This document shows positions 26,297 through 36,000 of a stretch of DNA of 64,000 nucleotides, one piece after another (positions within the stretch are counted from its first letter, which is position 1; each line of letters starts with the position of its first letter). The notes below the pieces were generated by a model. The model had not been told where the DNA came from. It did not search any database and saw only the letters and a program-made list of their open reading frames with translations. The translations under genes were made by a program, and so were the position numbers. Origin of the DNA: Spirochaetales bacterium (GTDB taxonomy: Bacteria > Spirochaetota > Spirochaetia > Treponematales > UBA12059); NCBI GenBank assembly GCA_016928955.1, contig JAFGJV010000027.1:1-64000 (forward strand), given 5' to 3'.

Positions 26297-27291
26297 ACGA
26301 CTTTGGCCGCCTGTTCCGCGTGACCCTGTACGGAGAGAGCCACGGGCCCGCCGTTGGCGTTATCCTGGACGGCGTCCCGCCCGGACTGTCCCTGGCGGAA
26401 GATGATTTCAGCGCCGACCTGGCAAGGCGCAGGGGCGGCCCGGCCGGCACCACGGCGCGCTCAGAGCCCGACCATCCGCGCATACGTTCCGGCCTGTACC
26501 ACGGGCACAGCACGGGCACGCCCCTGGCCATCGAGTTTGAAAACACGGACACCCGGCCAGGCGACTATGCCCAATTCGAGCGCTATCCCCGGCCAGGCCA
26601 CGCGGACCTGGCATCCCGCGCCCGCTACCGCGGCTGGGCCGACCCCCGTGGCTCGGGTCACTTTTCAGGCCGCCTGACGGTAGGCGTGGTGGCCGCCGGC
26701 GTGGTGGCCAAGAAACTCCTGCCAGGCGTATCGTTCCGGACCCTGGTCTTGGAAGCCGGCGGCCGTGCCGACGTGGCCGCGGCCATGCAGGAGGCGCAGG
26801 CGGCCGGCGACTCGGTGGGCTCTCTGGTGGAAATCCACGTGGACGGCCTGTCGTCCGGCCTGGGCGAACCCTACTGGGACGGCCTTGAAAGCCGCCTGGC
26901 CGCCGCCCTGTTCGCGGTGCCCGGCGTGCGTGGCGTGGAATTCGGAGACGGCTTCCGGGTGGCCGCCATGCGCGGCAGCGAGCACAATGATCCCATCCTA
27001 GACGCCGAGGGGCGTACGGAACGGAACGGCGCTGGAGGAATCAACGGGGGCGTCGGCAACGGCAACCAGGTGGTGGTTCGGGTCGCCTTCAAGCCGCCAT
27101 CGTCCATAGCCCTGCCGCAGGACACGGTGGACATGGATACCGGCCAGAGGGCGCGTGTTAGCGCCGCCGGACGGCACGACGCCTGCCTTGGCCCGCGGGG
27201 AGCCGTGGTCCTTGAGGCCGCATGCGCCATAGTCCTGGCCGACCTGGCCCTGGCAGCCCGCTGCCACGCCGCGCCCGAGAGCACGCCGTGA
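26293..27291 (+). CDS. aroC: Chorismate synthase
   Basis: GESHG, RPGHAD, GGINGG, GRHDAC. Confidence 0.93.
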   Translation: MNDFGRLFRVTLYGESHGPAVGVILDGVPPGLSLAEDDFSADLARRRGGPAGTTARSEPDHPRIRSGLYHGHSTGTPLAIEFENTDTRPGDYAQFERYPRPGHADLASRARYRGWADPRGSGHFSGRLTVGVVAAGVVAKKLLPGVSFRTLVLEAGGRADVAAAMQEAQAAGDSVGSLVEIHVDGLSSGLGEPYWDGLESRLAAALFAVPGVRGVEFGDGFRVAAMRGSEHNDPILDAEGRTERNGAGGINGGVGNGNQVVVRVAFKPPSSIALPQDTVDMDTGQRARVSAAGRHDACLGPRGAVVLEAACAIVLADLALAARCHAAPESTP

Positions 27292-27785
27292 ACCTGGACA
27301 GCCTGCGCGCCCGCATAGACGAACTGGACAGCCGCCTCGTCGCCACCCTGGCAGAACGCCAGGCCCTTGCCCTGCTCACCGGCCGTTTCAAAAACGCCGT
27401 GCGGGATCCGGCGCGCGAGCGGGCCGTTTTGGACAGGCTTACAACCTTGGCGGAGGAACCCCTGGACGCCGGTTTCATTGAGGCCCTCTACGCGCTGATC
27501 ATGGGGCACAGCAGGAGCCTGCAGGAAACGGGCCGGGTCTGCGTCGGGTACGTGGGCCCGAGGGACCGGGCGCGCGCCGTCATGGCCGATCTGAGGCCGG
27601 AGGCGGTCCTTATCCCCGTGGCTGACGCGGACGAGGCCCTGGCCGAGCTGGATGAGGGCAAGCTGGACGGCGTCCTTGTGGTGAGTACGGAAGCGACCCT
27701 ATCCGCCCCGGGGACGACACGCGTCCTCCGCGGCCCAGCGGGCGCCTGGTCATTCTACCAGCGCTCGTCTTACGCTCCGGCCTGA
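27288..27785 (+). CDS. AroQ-type chorismate mutase with short C-terminal extension
   Basis: LDSLRARIDELD...ERQ...VRDPARE. Confidence 0.8.
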   Translation: MNLDSLRARIDELDSRLVATLAERQALALLTGRFKNAVRDPARERAVLDRLTTLAEEPLDAGFIEALYALIMGHSRSLQETGRVCVGYVGPRDRARAVMADLRPEAVLIPVADADEALAELDEGKLDGVLVVSTEATLSAPGTTRVLRGPAGAWSFYQRSSYAPA

Positions 27786-28177
27786 CAGCCGTCCGCCACG
27801 GATTGGCGTATCAAAGACAGAAGCTCGGCCGAGCGCCAGGGTTTCCGGACGCAGGCCAGGACGCCGGCTTCCTTCACGACCCGGTCTATGGCTTCGTCGT
27901 CTGCCTGGCCGGTCACCATGATGAGGCCGACCTTGGGGTAGCGCCTGCGGAGGGCGATGAGGAATTCGTCGCCCCGCATGCCCGGCATGAGCCAGTCCGA
28001 CACGGCCACCCTGAGGAACAGACCCTCTCGCTCCAAATCCTCGATGATGGAGAACGCCTCAGCCGCGTTCAGGGCGGTTTCCACACGGACGCCGGGACCA
28101 AGGGCCAGGCGCAATTCCCGGGACAGGGCCAGGAGTATGATGGCTTCGTCGTCCACAAGCAGCACGGCTTCCTTCAC
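27770..28177 (-). CDS. Single-domain response regulator
   Basis: LLVDDE, SDWLMPGMRG, TG, KPW. Confidence 0.9.
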   Translation of the reverse strand: MKEAVLLVDDEAIILLALSRELRLALGPGVRVETALNAAEAFSIIEDLEREGLFLRVAVSDWLMPGMRGDEFLIALRRRYPKVGLIMVTGQADDEAIDRVVKEAGVLACVRKPWRSAELLSLIRQSVADGCQAGA

Positions 28178-30276
28178 GCTGGCGTTCCGTCCTTTTCCCG
28201 GCCCGAGGGAGCTTCGACAGCGGGCAGGCTGACTATGAAACTGGTCCTGCCGGCAGCGCTGGCGCACTGGATATCGCCACCCAACTCGGATACCAGGTTT
28301 CTGATCAAGGCCAGGGGCACGCTGCCCCGCTCGTATGCCTGAGCCCTGCCCATGGAATCATCCCACAGATTCTGCATTTTGTCGCTGGGCACCGGTGGCC
28401 CTGAGTCCTCTATCCTGACCACCACCCGCTCGCCGGAGCGCCTTGCCGCCAGGCTCAGGCTCCCCCGGTAGGTCATGACCTCAAGGGCGTTGGAAAGGAG
28501 GCTCATCCACACCCTCTGCAAGGCCTCGGGCCTGGCCCTGATCCACAGGTCGCCGGCCACCTTCAGGTCAAAGCTCACGCCTTTCTTGGTCCGTATGTAC
28601 AGAAGCGACACCGCCTCTTCCAGCGACACTGCCAGCTTGAGCGGCTTTTTTGACGACGGGTCCTCCGACAGGGTTTTTATCGACACCACCACAGCGTTGG
28701 CCTTGGCCATGGCCGCCCTGGCAACCTTGCACGACGCCACAATCTCGGCGGCCGACAGGCACGACAGAGCCGCGTCCGCGCCCTCCCCGCTCAAGGCGGC
28801 GCGTATGGTCCGGATAACGGGTTTGTCCGCGCGGCTGTACCCTATGTCGGCCAGCCTTGACGCGATATCGACGGCGGACAGGTCGGGCCTGATTCCCGAC
28901 AGCTCGCGCTCCAGAGCTGCGGTCACGGCCCTGCGTTCGGGTCCGGTGGCGGCCGATTCTGGCTCGTAAGCGTCCACAAGCCCCCGCAAGGCTGCCGCCG
29001 AGCCTGAAGCGTCCTTTGACCAGGGCCAGCCGCGTTCCACAAAGGACAGTATGTCCACGGCCGCCATGGACGCGGCTCCGGCGGCAGAATCGGCGGCGGC
29101 TATGGGGCTGTTGAGCTCGTGGGCCATGACCGACGCCATGGTGCCGCGGACAGCCCTGCGCTCGGATTCTACCAGGGCTTCCTGGGCGCGCTCCAGTTCC
29201 TCCAGGGTGGTGGCCAGCCGGACGTTCAGGGCCTCCAGGCGCTTGTTGTCAGCTTCTTTGGCGCGTATCCGGTTGGCGGCCGCCCGGGCCGCGTTCCGTA
29301 TGGCGGCCGTTTCCTTGAAGTGCATGCGCTGGCCCGGCTCACCGGACCGTTCTATGTCCAGCCCGGCGGCCTTGATATCCAGAAGGAGGAGCCTGCTTGA
29401 ACGCACGGCAAGGGTAAGCGACAGGGCTATGGTCAACGCCGCCACAAGGGACACGGGAGGGAAACTGCGTGCGATGCTGCGTTTCAACAGAGAGGCCGGC
29501 CGTTCCACAATGGCGTACCAGCCGGTCTCGGGTATGCGCACCGCCGTGACCACCACGGCGCCGGGATCCCGCGTAAAGCTGTAGGACGGAGCCTGGGGGT
29601 CTTCCAGACGCCTGGCCAGCAAGCCCTGGTCGGTCACGCGCCTGTCCACCATGTCGCTGTCCCGATGGACTATGTACGCCCCGCCCGAATCCGTCAGGGC
29701 TATGGTCGAGCGGCCGTCTTCCCAGAATTCGCCAAAGGTCTGGCCCACCCTGGCCGCCAGGCGCTCAAAGTCCAGCACGGCAACCACGTACCCATCTCTG
29801 GCGGGCAGGGCCATGGCCAGTTCCCGCCGTCCCTCGTCCAGACCGGCGTACACCGACGACCAGCGCGGCTCGCCGGCCGCCCGCACCTGCCGTATCAGCT
29901 CCAAGTTGGACAGGTCCGTGCCAACAATGGAGCGCGACTCTGGCCGGGCGTATATCACCACGGCGTCGCGGTTCAGGTACCACAGCGATTCCAGGTAGGT
30001 TGAGCTGTCCAGCGCCTGTCCCAGGATGGTCTCAGGCGGCGTGGGGTCGCGCCCCAGCGCGCGGGCCACCGATTCCAGCATGGGCACCGGTTCCCGTAGC
30101 ACGGCCCTGATGGTGGACGCGGCGACGGTGGACAGGGTCTCCGTCTCCTTGAGGGATTCGTCCCGGTCCACGCCGGCCAGGACGCCAAGCGACACCGCGT
30201 ATATGACAAAGCCGCTGGCCACCACGGTGGCCACAAGGGCTGCCATCATGCCGGATAGCGAACGCCGTCGTTTCAT
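28174..30276 (-). CDS. Cache-domain sensor histidine kinase (degenerate ATP-binding boxes)
   Basis: Two TM helices around a Cache-like domain; AHELNSP H-box; LLSNA N-box; DSGPP. Confidence 0.82.
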   Translation of the reverse strand: MKRRRSLSGMMAALVATVVASGFVIYAVSLGVLAGVDRDESLKETETLSTVAASTIRAVLREPVPMLESVARALGRDPTPPETILGQALDSSTYLESLWYLNRDAVVIYARPESRSIVGTDLSNLELIRQVRAAGEPRWSSVYAGLDEGRRELAMALPARDGYVVAVLDFERLAARVGQTFGEFWEDGRSTIALTDSGGAYIVHRDSDMVDRRVTDQGLLARRLEDPQAPSYSFTRDPGAVVVTAVRIPETGWYAIVERPASLLKRSIARSFPPVSLVAALTIALSLTLAVRSSRLLLLDIKAAGLDIERSGEPGQRMHFKETAAIRNAARAAANRIRAKEADNKRLEALNVRLATTLEELERAQEALVESERRAVRGTMASVMAHELNSPIAAADSAAGAASMAAVDILSFVERGWPWSKDASGSAAALRGLVDAYEPESAATGPERRAVTAALERELSGIRPDLSAVDIASRLADIGYSRADKPVIRTIRAALSGEGADAALSCLSAAEIVASCKVARAAMAKANAVVVSIKTLSEDPSSKKPLKLAVSLEEAVSLLYIRTKKGVSFDLKVAGDLWIRARPEALQRVWMSLLSNALEVMTYRGSLSLAARRSGERVVVRIEDSGPPVPSDKMQNLWDDSMGRAQAYERGSVPLALIRNLVSELGGDIQCASAAGRTSFIVSLPAVEAPSGREKDGTPA

Positions 30277-30278
30277 GG

Positions 30279-31391
30279 TCAGCGCGCCGCTGAAAAGGAG
30301 CCGTCTTGTATGGTGATTACAAGCGACGACACGGTTGCGTCGCCTTCGGCGTCCAGGGTCACCGTTTCCTGGAGGCCCTTGAAGGAACCCAGGTCCAGGA
30401 GGGCCTTTTTGACGTCCGCGGGACTGTCCGAACGGGAGTGGGCCACGCCCTCGAACAGGAACCTGGCGCATTCGTAGCCGAAACAGCCGTACACGGCCGG
30501 AAGCCGCCCGTACACGGCTTCATAGTCGTACACAAACTTCCGGTACGTGGGCGCCTGGCTGTCGCGGTCAAAGAAGGTGGTCAGGTAAATTCGGTCGGAA
30601 AATGCGCCGGCGTAGGTGAGCAGGTTCTGGTCCTCCGACCAGGGCGACAGCAAGAGCCAGCCGCCGTAGCCCGCGCGTTCCAGGGCCTGCGCCAGCTTGG
30701 CCGCGTCCAGGCCATTGAGTACGGCAAAGCACGCGTCCGCGCCGGATGACGCGACCCACGCCGCCAGTCCGGCATGATCCATGCCCACGTCCACCACGCG
30801 CCTGTCCAAAAAACGTATGGACGGGGCCGCGCCCAAGAAGCCGGCGGCCATTGAGGACGCGTAGGCGGCGTTGCGCCTGTCCTCTATCACGGCAACCGAG
30901 CGCACGCCCAGAGTTTCGGCAAAGAGGCCCAAGGGGGCGCTGAAACGGTCCGACGACGACACAAAACGTATGAACGCGTCGTCACGGTCTTCCCACAGGG
31001 GAGAGCTGACCGTCTGGGACACGACCAAGGCGTTTTCGAGGGTGATCCAGTCCAGCACGCCCTCCGAGGCGCCGCTTGTGGTATTGAGGACGATAATACG
31101 TATGCCACGGGCCAGCAGTTCCTCCACCGCCCGGCGGCTTTCTTCCGGCGTGGCTGCGTCGTCTGCCACCACCGTCTCTATCAGCCTGCCGCCCACGCCC
31201 CCTGCCCGGTTGATTTCCGCCACCGCAAGGCCAAAGCCCTGGTGGCACTCTATGCCAACGGCTGCGGACGGGCCGGTCATGGGCCCAACAAAGCCCACCA
31301 CCAGGGGCGGCTTGGCGCATGACACGAGGGCGCAGGCCGCCATCGCGGCAAGAACCCCGAGAAAAACCTGCGCGGCGGAACGTTTATCCAT
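30279..31391 (-). CDS. LivK-like substrate-binding lipoprotein
   Basis: Lipobox LVSC; EINRAGGVGGR..DD. Confidence 0.85.
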   Translation of the reverse strand: MDKRSAAQVFLGVLAAMAACALVSCAKPPLVVGFVGPMTGPSAAVGIECHQGFGLAVAEINRAGGVGGRLIETVVADDAATPEESRRAVEELLARGIRIIVLNTTSGASEGVLDWITLENALVVSQTVSSPLWEDRDDAFIRFVSSSDRFSAPLGLFAETLGVRSVAVIEDRRNAAYASSMAAGFLGAAPSIRFLDRRVVDVGMDHAGLAAWVASSGADACFAVLNGLDAAKLAQALERAGYGGWLLLSPWSEDQNLLTYAGAFSDRIYLTTFFDRDSQAPTYRKFVYDYEAVYGRLPAVYGCFGYECARFLFEGVAHSRSDSPADVKKALLDLGSFKGLQETVTLDAEGDATVSSLVITIQDGSFSAAR

Positions 31392-31435
31392 ACCTTCAGT
31401 ACAGTCCCCGTCCCGCCGGAAGCAAGGAAACGGCG

Positions 31436-33451
31436 TCAGCCCTTGACGGCCCTGGTTATGATGTCGTCACGCACCGTGTACGGCAAGGTGATGTGGCCAA
31501 GATCGGCATGGTCTTGGTTGTACTCGACGCCGGTGTCCACGGCATGCTCGTTGCGCGCCCACGCGCGCCTGGCCACGCCGCCCATCACGTCCCAGGGCAT
31601 GGCCATGCGCAATATGGCGTCCACGCGCTCGGATCCGTCCAGCACCATGCCGAAGCCGCCGTTGACGGCCTTGCCTATGCCCACGCCGCCTCCGTTGTGC
31701 AGGGCCACCAGGCTCATGCCCCGAGCCGCGTCGCCCGCGAAATTCTGCACGGCCATGTCGGCCATCACGTTTGAGCCGTCCTTGATGTTGCTGGTTTCCC
31801 GGAAGGGGCTGTCCGTGCCTCCGGTGTCATGGTGGTCGCGCCCCAGCATGATGGGGCCCACATCGCCCTTCCTGACCATGTCGTTGAACTTCAGTGCTAT
31901 GGCCAGGCGGCCCAGGGCGTCCTGGTATAGGATCCGCGCCTTGGTGCCCACCACCAGGCGGTTTTTCTCGGCGTCCCGGATCCACGCCCAGTTGTCCCGG
32001 TCCTGGCCCCGGCGCGTGGGATCTATGCAGTCCATGGCGGCCTTGTCCGTCTTGCGCAGGTCATCGTCCTTGCCGGACAGGCACACCCAGCGGAAGGGAC
32101 CGTAGCCGTAGTCAAAAAGCTCGGGTCCCAGGATGTCCTCAACGTAGCTGGGGAAGACAAAGCCGTCTTTCTCGTCCACGCCGTTCTTGGATACTTCCCG
32201 GACGCCGGCGTCGAACACGGCCTTGAGGAAGCTGTTGCCGTAATCAAAGAAGTAGGTGCCAGCCGCAGACAGTTTCTGTATGCCCCGGAAGTGGCGCTCC
32301 AGGCCCGCGTCCACGCGGCGGCGGAACTCGGCCGGGTCGTCGCGCAGGAGCCTTGTGCGTTCATCAAAACTGGTGCCGACTGGGCAGTACCCGCCCTCGT
32401 AGGCGGCGTGGCAGCTGGTCTGGTCGGACAAAAGATCGACGCTGGTGCCCGTGGCCAGGGCGCGCTCCAGAAGGTCCACTATGTTGCCCTGGAAGGCCAC
32501 GGCCAGAGCCTGCCCCTTCTTCCTGGCTTCCTCGGCCCGCGCCAGGGCCGCGTCCGCGTCGGTTTCCACGCAACTGACCCAGCCCTGCTCGTGGCGGGTT
32601 TTCACGCGGCTGGGATCCACCTCGGCTATGATCGCGGCCGCACCGGCTATGACGGCCGCCTTGCCCTGGGCCCCGGACATGCCGCCCAGGCCGGACGACA
32701 CAAAGAGCTTGCCGGCAAGGTCGCCGTCCTTGGGTACGCCCAGCTTCAGCCGGCCGGCGTTCAGGAGGGTGTTGAAGGTGCCATGGACGATGCCCTGCGG
32801 CCCTATGTACATCCAGCCGCCCGCGGTCATCTGGCCGTAATTGGCCACGCCCAGGGCGGCCGCGTGGTTGAAGTCCTTCAGGTTGTCGAACATGCCTATC
32901 ATGAGGCCGTTGGTTATGACGACGCGCGGCGCCAGACTGTGGCTTTTGAACAGGCCCAGAGGATGGCCGCTCTCCACCACCAGGGTGCTCTCATGGTCCA
33001 GCTTTTCCAGGTAGCGCTTGATGAGGAGGTACTGCATCCAGTTCTGGCACACCTGGCCGGTTTCGCCGTAGGTAACCAGCTCGTAGGGGTACAGGGCAAT
33101 GTCAAAGTCCAGGTTGTTGTCTATCATCACCTGGAAGGCCTTGCCCTCAAGGCAGGCGCCGGCGTAGCTGTCTATGGGTTTGCCCTGTATGGGCCCGGCC
33201 GGGCGGAAACGGTAGCCGTATATCCTCCCGCGCGTGCGCAGCTCGGCCAGGAATTCAGGCACAAGCTCCTCATGGAAGCGCTCAGGAAGGTAGCGCAGGG
33301 CGTTGCGGAGCGCCAGGGCCTCCTGCTCGGCGGATAGCTGGGCCTCGCGGCGGGGCGCCCGGCGGTAGGCCGGATCAAAGGCGGCCGGCGGGGGCAGGGT
33401 GTTAAAATCCAGGCGTATGCGCATGGCCTTCTCAACGTTCGCGTTCATCAT
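31436..33451 (-). CDS. hutU: Urocanate hydratase (long form)
   Basis: YGQMTAGGWMYIGPQGIVHGT, DQTSCH, HNGGGVG. Confidence 0.96.
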   Translation of the reverse strand: MMNANVEKAMRIRLDFNTLPPPAAFDPAYRRAPRREAQLSAEQEALALRNALRYLPERFHEELVPEFLAELRTRGRIYGYRFRPAGPIQGKPIDSYAGACLEGKAFQVMIDNNLDFDIALYPYELVTYGETGQVCQNWMQYLLIKRYLEKLDHESTLVVESGHPLGLFKSHSLAPRVVITNGLMIGMFDNLKDFNHAAALGVANYGQMTAGGWMYIGPQGIVHGTFNTLLNAGRLKLGVPKDGDLAGKLFVSSGLGGMSGAQGKAAVIAGAAAIIAEVDPSRVKTRHEQGWVSCVETDADAALARAEEARKKGQALAVAFQGNIVDLLERALATGTSVDLLSDQTSCHAAYEGGYCPVGTSFDERTRLLRDDPAEFRRRVDAGLERHFRGIQKLSAAGTYFFDYGNSFLKAVFDAGVREVSKNGVDEKDGFVFPSYVEDILGPELFDYGYGPFRWVCLSGKDDDLRKTDKAAMDCIDPTRRGQDRDNWAWIRDAEKNRLVVGTKARILYQDALGRLAIALKFNDMVRKGDVGPIMLGRDHHDTGGTDSPFRETSNIKDGSNVMADMAVQNFAGDAARGMSLVALHNGGGVGIGKAVNGGFGMVLDGSERVDAILRMAMPWDVMGGVARRAWARNEHAVDTGVEYNQDHADLGHITLPYTVRDDIITRAVKG

Positions 33452-33557
33452 GGCTGGAAGCTCCTCCTTTTTGCTTCTTCCGGGGATACGAGCAGGTCCA
33501 TATCGCGGCGTATATCAGTCGGCTGCTAGCACAGCAGCCTGCATTGCCAGCGGCCTG

Positions 33558-35111
33558 TTAGTCATTCGAGCCCTGGTCCATGGCTTCTTCTGCGGCCCGT
33601 AGCACGGCCCCATCGGCCATGAGGGCGCTCACCGCTTCCAGGTCAGGATGCAGGATCCTGTCGGCGCTCAGCATGGGCACCACAGACCTGACCACCCGGT
33701 ACGCCGCCAGGGTGGGCGGCGACAGGGCCTGGCTGGCGTCCTGCAGGTCTATGGCCTGACAGGCGGCCAGAAGCTCCATGGCAAGCACGGAGCGCGCGTT
33801 TCCGACTATCTGCCTGGCCTTGCGCGCCGCGATGGTGCCCATGGACACGTGGTCCTCCTGGTTAGCGCTGGACGGAATGGAGTCGACGCTGGCAGGGTGG
33901 GCAAGCACCTTGTTTTCCGACACCAGGGACGCGGCGCTGTACTGCACGATCATGAAGCCCGAGTTGACGCCGCCGTCCTTGACCAAAAAAGCCGGAAGCC
34001 CGTTGGACAGGGCGGGATTGACCATGCGCTCAAGGCGCCGCTCGGACACGTTGGCAAGCTCCGCCGCGGCTATGCCCAGAAAATCCATGGCCAGGGCCAC
34101 GGGTTGGCCGTGGAAATTGCCGCCGGATATGATATCGCCGCCTGAAGGATCGTCCGGGTTGAGGAAAATCAGGGGATTGTCCGTGACCGCGTTGACCTCG
34201 CGGCCGAGCACCTCGTACACGTAACCGAGGGCGTCGCGGGACGCCCCGTGTATCTGGGGCACGCAGCGGAGCGCGTAGGCGTCCTGCACGCGGCGCTCGC
34301 CCTGCCTGGTGGTCAGTCCGGAGCCTTCCAGCAGGGAGCGCAGGTTTGCCGCGCACTCGATCTGGCCCATCTGGCCGCGCGCGTCGTGGACGCGCTCGTC
34401 ATAGGCGTCGGTGATGCCGCCAAGGGCCTGCATGGTCAAGGCGGCGACCACGTCGGCCGCGCGGGTCAGCTTCCAGGCGTCAAAGGCGGCCAGAACGCCC
34501 ACGGCGCTCATGGCCTGGGTGCCGTTGATCAGGGCCAGGCCTTCCTTGGCGGACAGCTCCACGGGTTTCAGCCCGGCCGCGGCCAGCGCGTCCTGGCTTG
34601 GAAGCGTCTTTCCTTTGTACCTGCACGATCCCATACCGCACAGACCGAGCGCCACGTGCGCCAGCGGGGCAAGGTCGCCGGACGCTCCGAGGGATCCTTT
34701 TTCCGGCACCAGGGGGCACACCCCGGCGTTCAGCATGTCCACCAGGGCCTGGACCGTGGACGGGCGGGCTCCCGAGTAGCCAACGGCCAGGGCATTGGCC
34801 CGGAGGAACATCATGGCGCGGACCACCTCGTCCGGGAAATAGTCGCCCACGCCCACCGCATGGCTCATGATCAGGTTTTTCTGCAGGGTAGCGTTGTCCT
34901 TCCTGCTGATAACCACGTCGCAGAATTTGCCAAAGCCGGTGGTTATGCCGTAGCGGACCAGTTCGTCCTCCACGCAGCGCTCGACCACCTCGCGCGACTG
35001 GGCCATGCGGTCCAGGGCGTTTTCCGTCAGTTCGGCCTGAGCGCCATACCTGGCCACCAGGGTCACATCCTTGATGGTCGCGTCCTGACCGCTAATGTAT
35101 ACGGTTTCCAT
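33558..35111 (-). CDS. hutH: Histidine ammonia-lyase
   Basis: YGITTGFG, GASGDLAPL (MIO), NQEDHVSMG. Confidence 0.96.
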   Translation of the reverse strand: METVYISGQDATIKDVTLVARYGAQAELTENALDRMAQSREVVERCVEDELVRYGITTGFGKFCDVVISRKDNATLQKNLIMSHAVGVGDYFPDEVVRAMMFLRANALAVGYSGARPSTVQALVDMLNAGVCPLVPEKGSLGASGDLAPLAHVALGLCGMGSCRYKGKTLPSQDALAAAGLKPVELSAKEGLALINGTQAMSAVGVLAAFDAWKLTRAADVVAALTMQALGGITDAYDERVHDARGQMGQIECAANLRSLLEGSGLTTRQGERRVQDAYALRCVPQIHGASRDALGYVYEVLGREVNAVTDNPLIFLNPDDPSGGDIISGGNFHGQPVALAMDFLGIAAAELANVSERRLERMVNPALSNGLPAFLVKDGGVNSGFMIVQYSAASLVSENKVLAHPASVDSIPSSANQEDHVSMGTIAARKARQIVGNARSVLAMELLAACQAIDLQDASQALSPPTLAAYRVVRSVVPMLSADRILHPDLEAVSALMADGAVLRAAEEAMDQGSND

Positions 35112-35243
35112 GTGACAAGCCTTTCAGGGGCCGCCAAAGGGCCCTCCCTTTTTCAGACGGCAAAAGTATACCATGACGGCGAGCGTGGGGTACAAGGCCG
35201 TGCCGCGTTACGCCCGATAGCTGCGAGGGTGCGGCCCCGGGCC

Positions 35244-35822
35244 CTACAGGCCGAGCAGGCTGAGGGCGGCCGTCCAGAACTCGTCGTCGCCCATGCGGCC
35301 TTCCAGCCTGGCTTTGATGAAAGCCCTGAGGGCCGGCGGAAAGCTCTCCCAATAGCGCTCCTGCCAGGACGGCAGGGAATCCCACAGTTCCTTCTGCGCG
35401 GAGGGGACCATGCGCCCAAGACTATAATCGACGAATTCCTCGGCCATTTTGGCCAGGGCTTCGGGAGGAAGGCCGCTGTCCGGCGTGCCCTGGTCCTCCT
35501 CCCCGGCAGACCTGTCGGGTAAATAATGGTCTACCAGGGCGGCCACGTCCCGATCCGTCGCCTCGGGCGCGTTCTCCCGGATCAGGTCCTCCACGAACTG
35601 CCGCACCGTGTCCCGTATGCGGTCCATACTGTCCGCAACGCCCTGGTTGAGCGATTCGGCCATGCGTCCAGCCAGGGCCCCGGGGTTGATGCCCCCAAGA
35701 CCGGCAAAGCGGCCAAGATCGGCGCGCCTGCGCTCGCAGGCCTTGACGATCACCTCAAACTCGGCCTGGCTGGAGCGGTTGAGGATGTAATCCAGGACTT
35801 CGGACAGTTCAGGCACGGCCAT
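35244..35822 (-). CDS. Hypothetical protein
   Basis: Host-like codon usage; helical acidic protein starting MAVPEL. Confidence 0.7.
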   Translation of the reverse strand: MAVPELSEVLDYILNRSSQAEFEVIVKACERRRADLGRFAGLGGINPGALAGRMAESLNQGVADSMDRIRDTVRQFVEDLIRENAPEATDRDVAALVDHYLPDRSAGEEDQGTPDSGLPPEALAKMAEEFVDYSLGRMVPSAQKELWDSLPSWQERYWESFPPALRAFIKARLEGRMGDDEFWTAALSLLGL

Positions 35823-36000
35823 GCGCCCATCATACACCCGATCTGCGCGTTGACATAGGCTCGGGCAGGCGTCGCGTACAGGCACCGCGACATGACGCAG
35901 GTAATCGCTCAGGTAACACGCGGCAGGGGACGGAACGCGCTGGAACAAATCCCTGGTTTTTACTACCATGCAAACGTGTTTTGCCATGCGAGGAGGCTCT

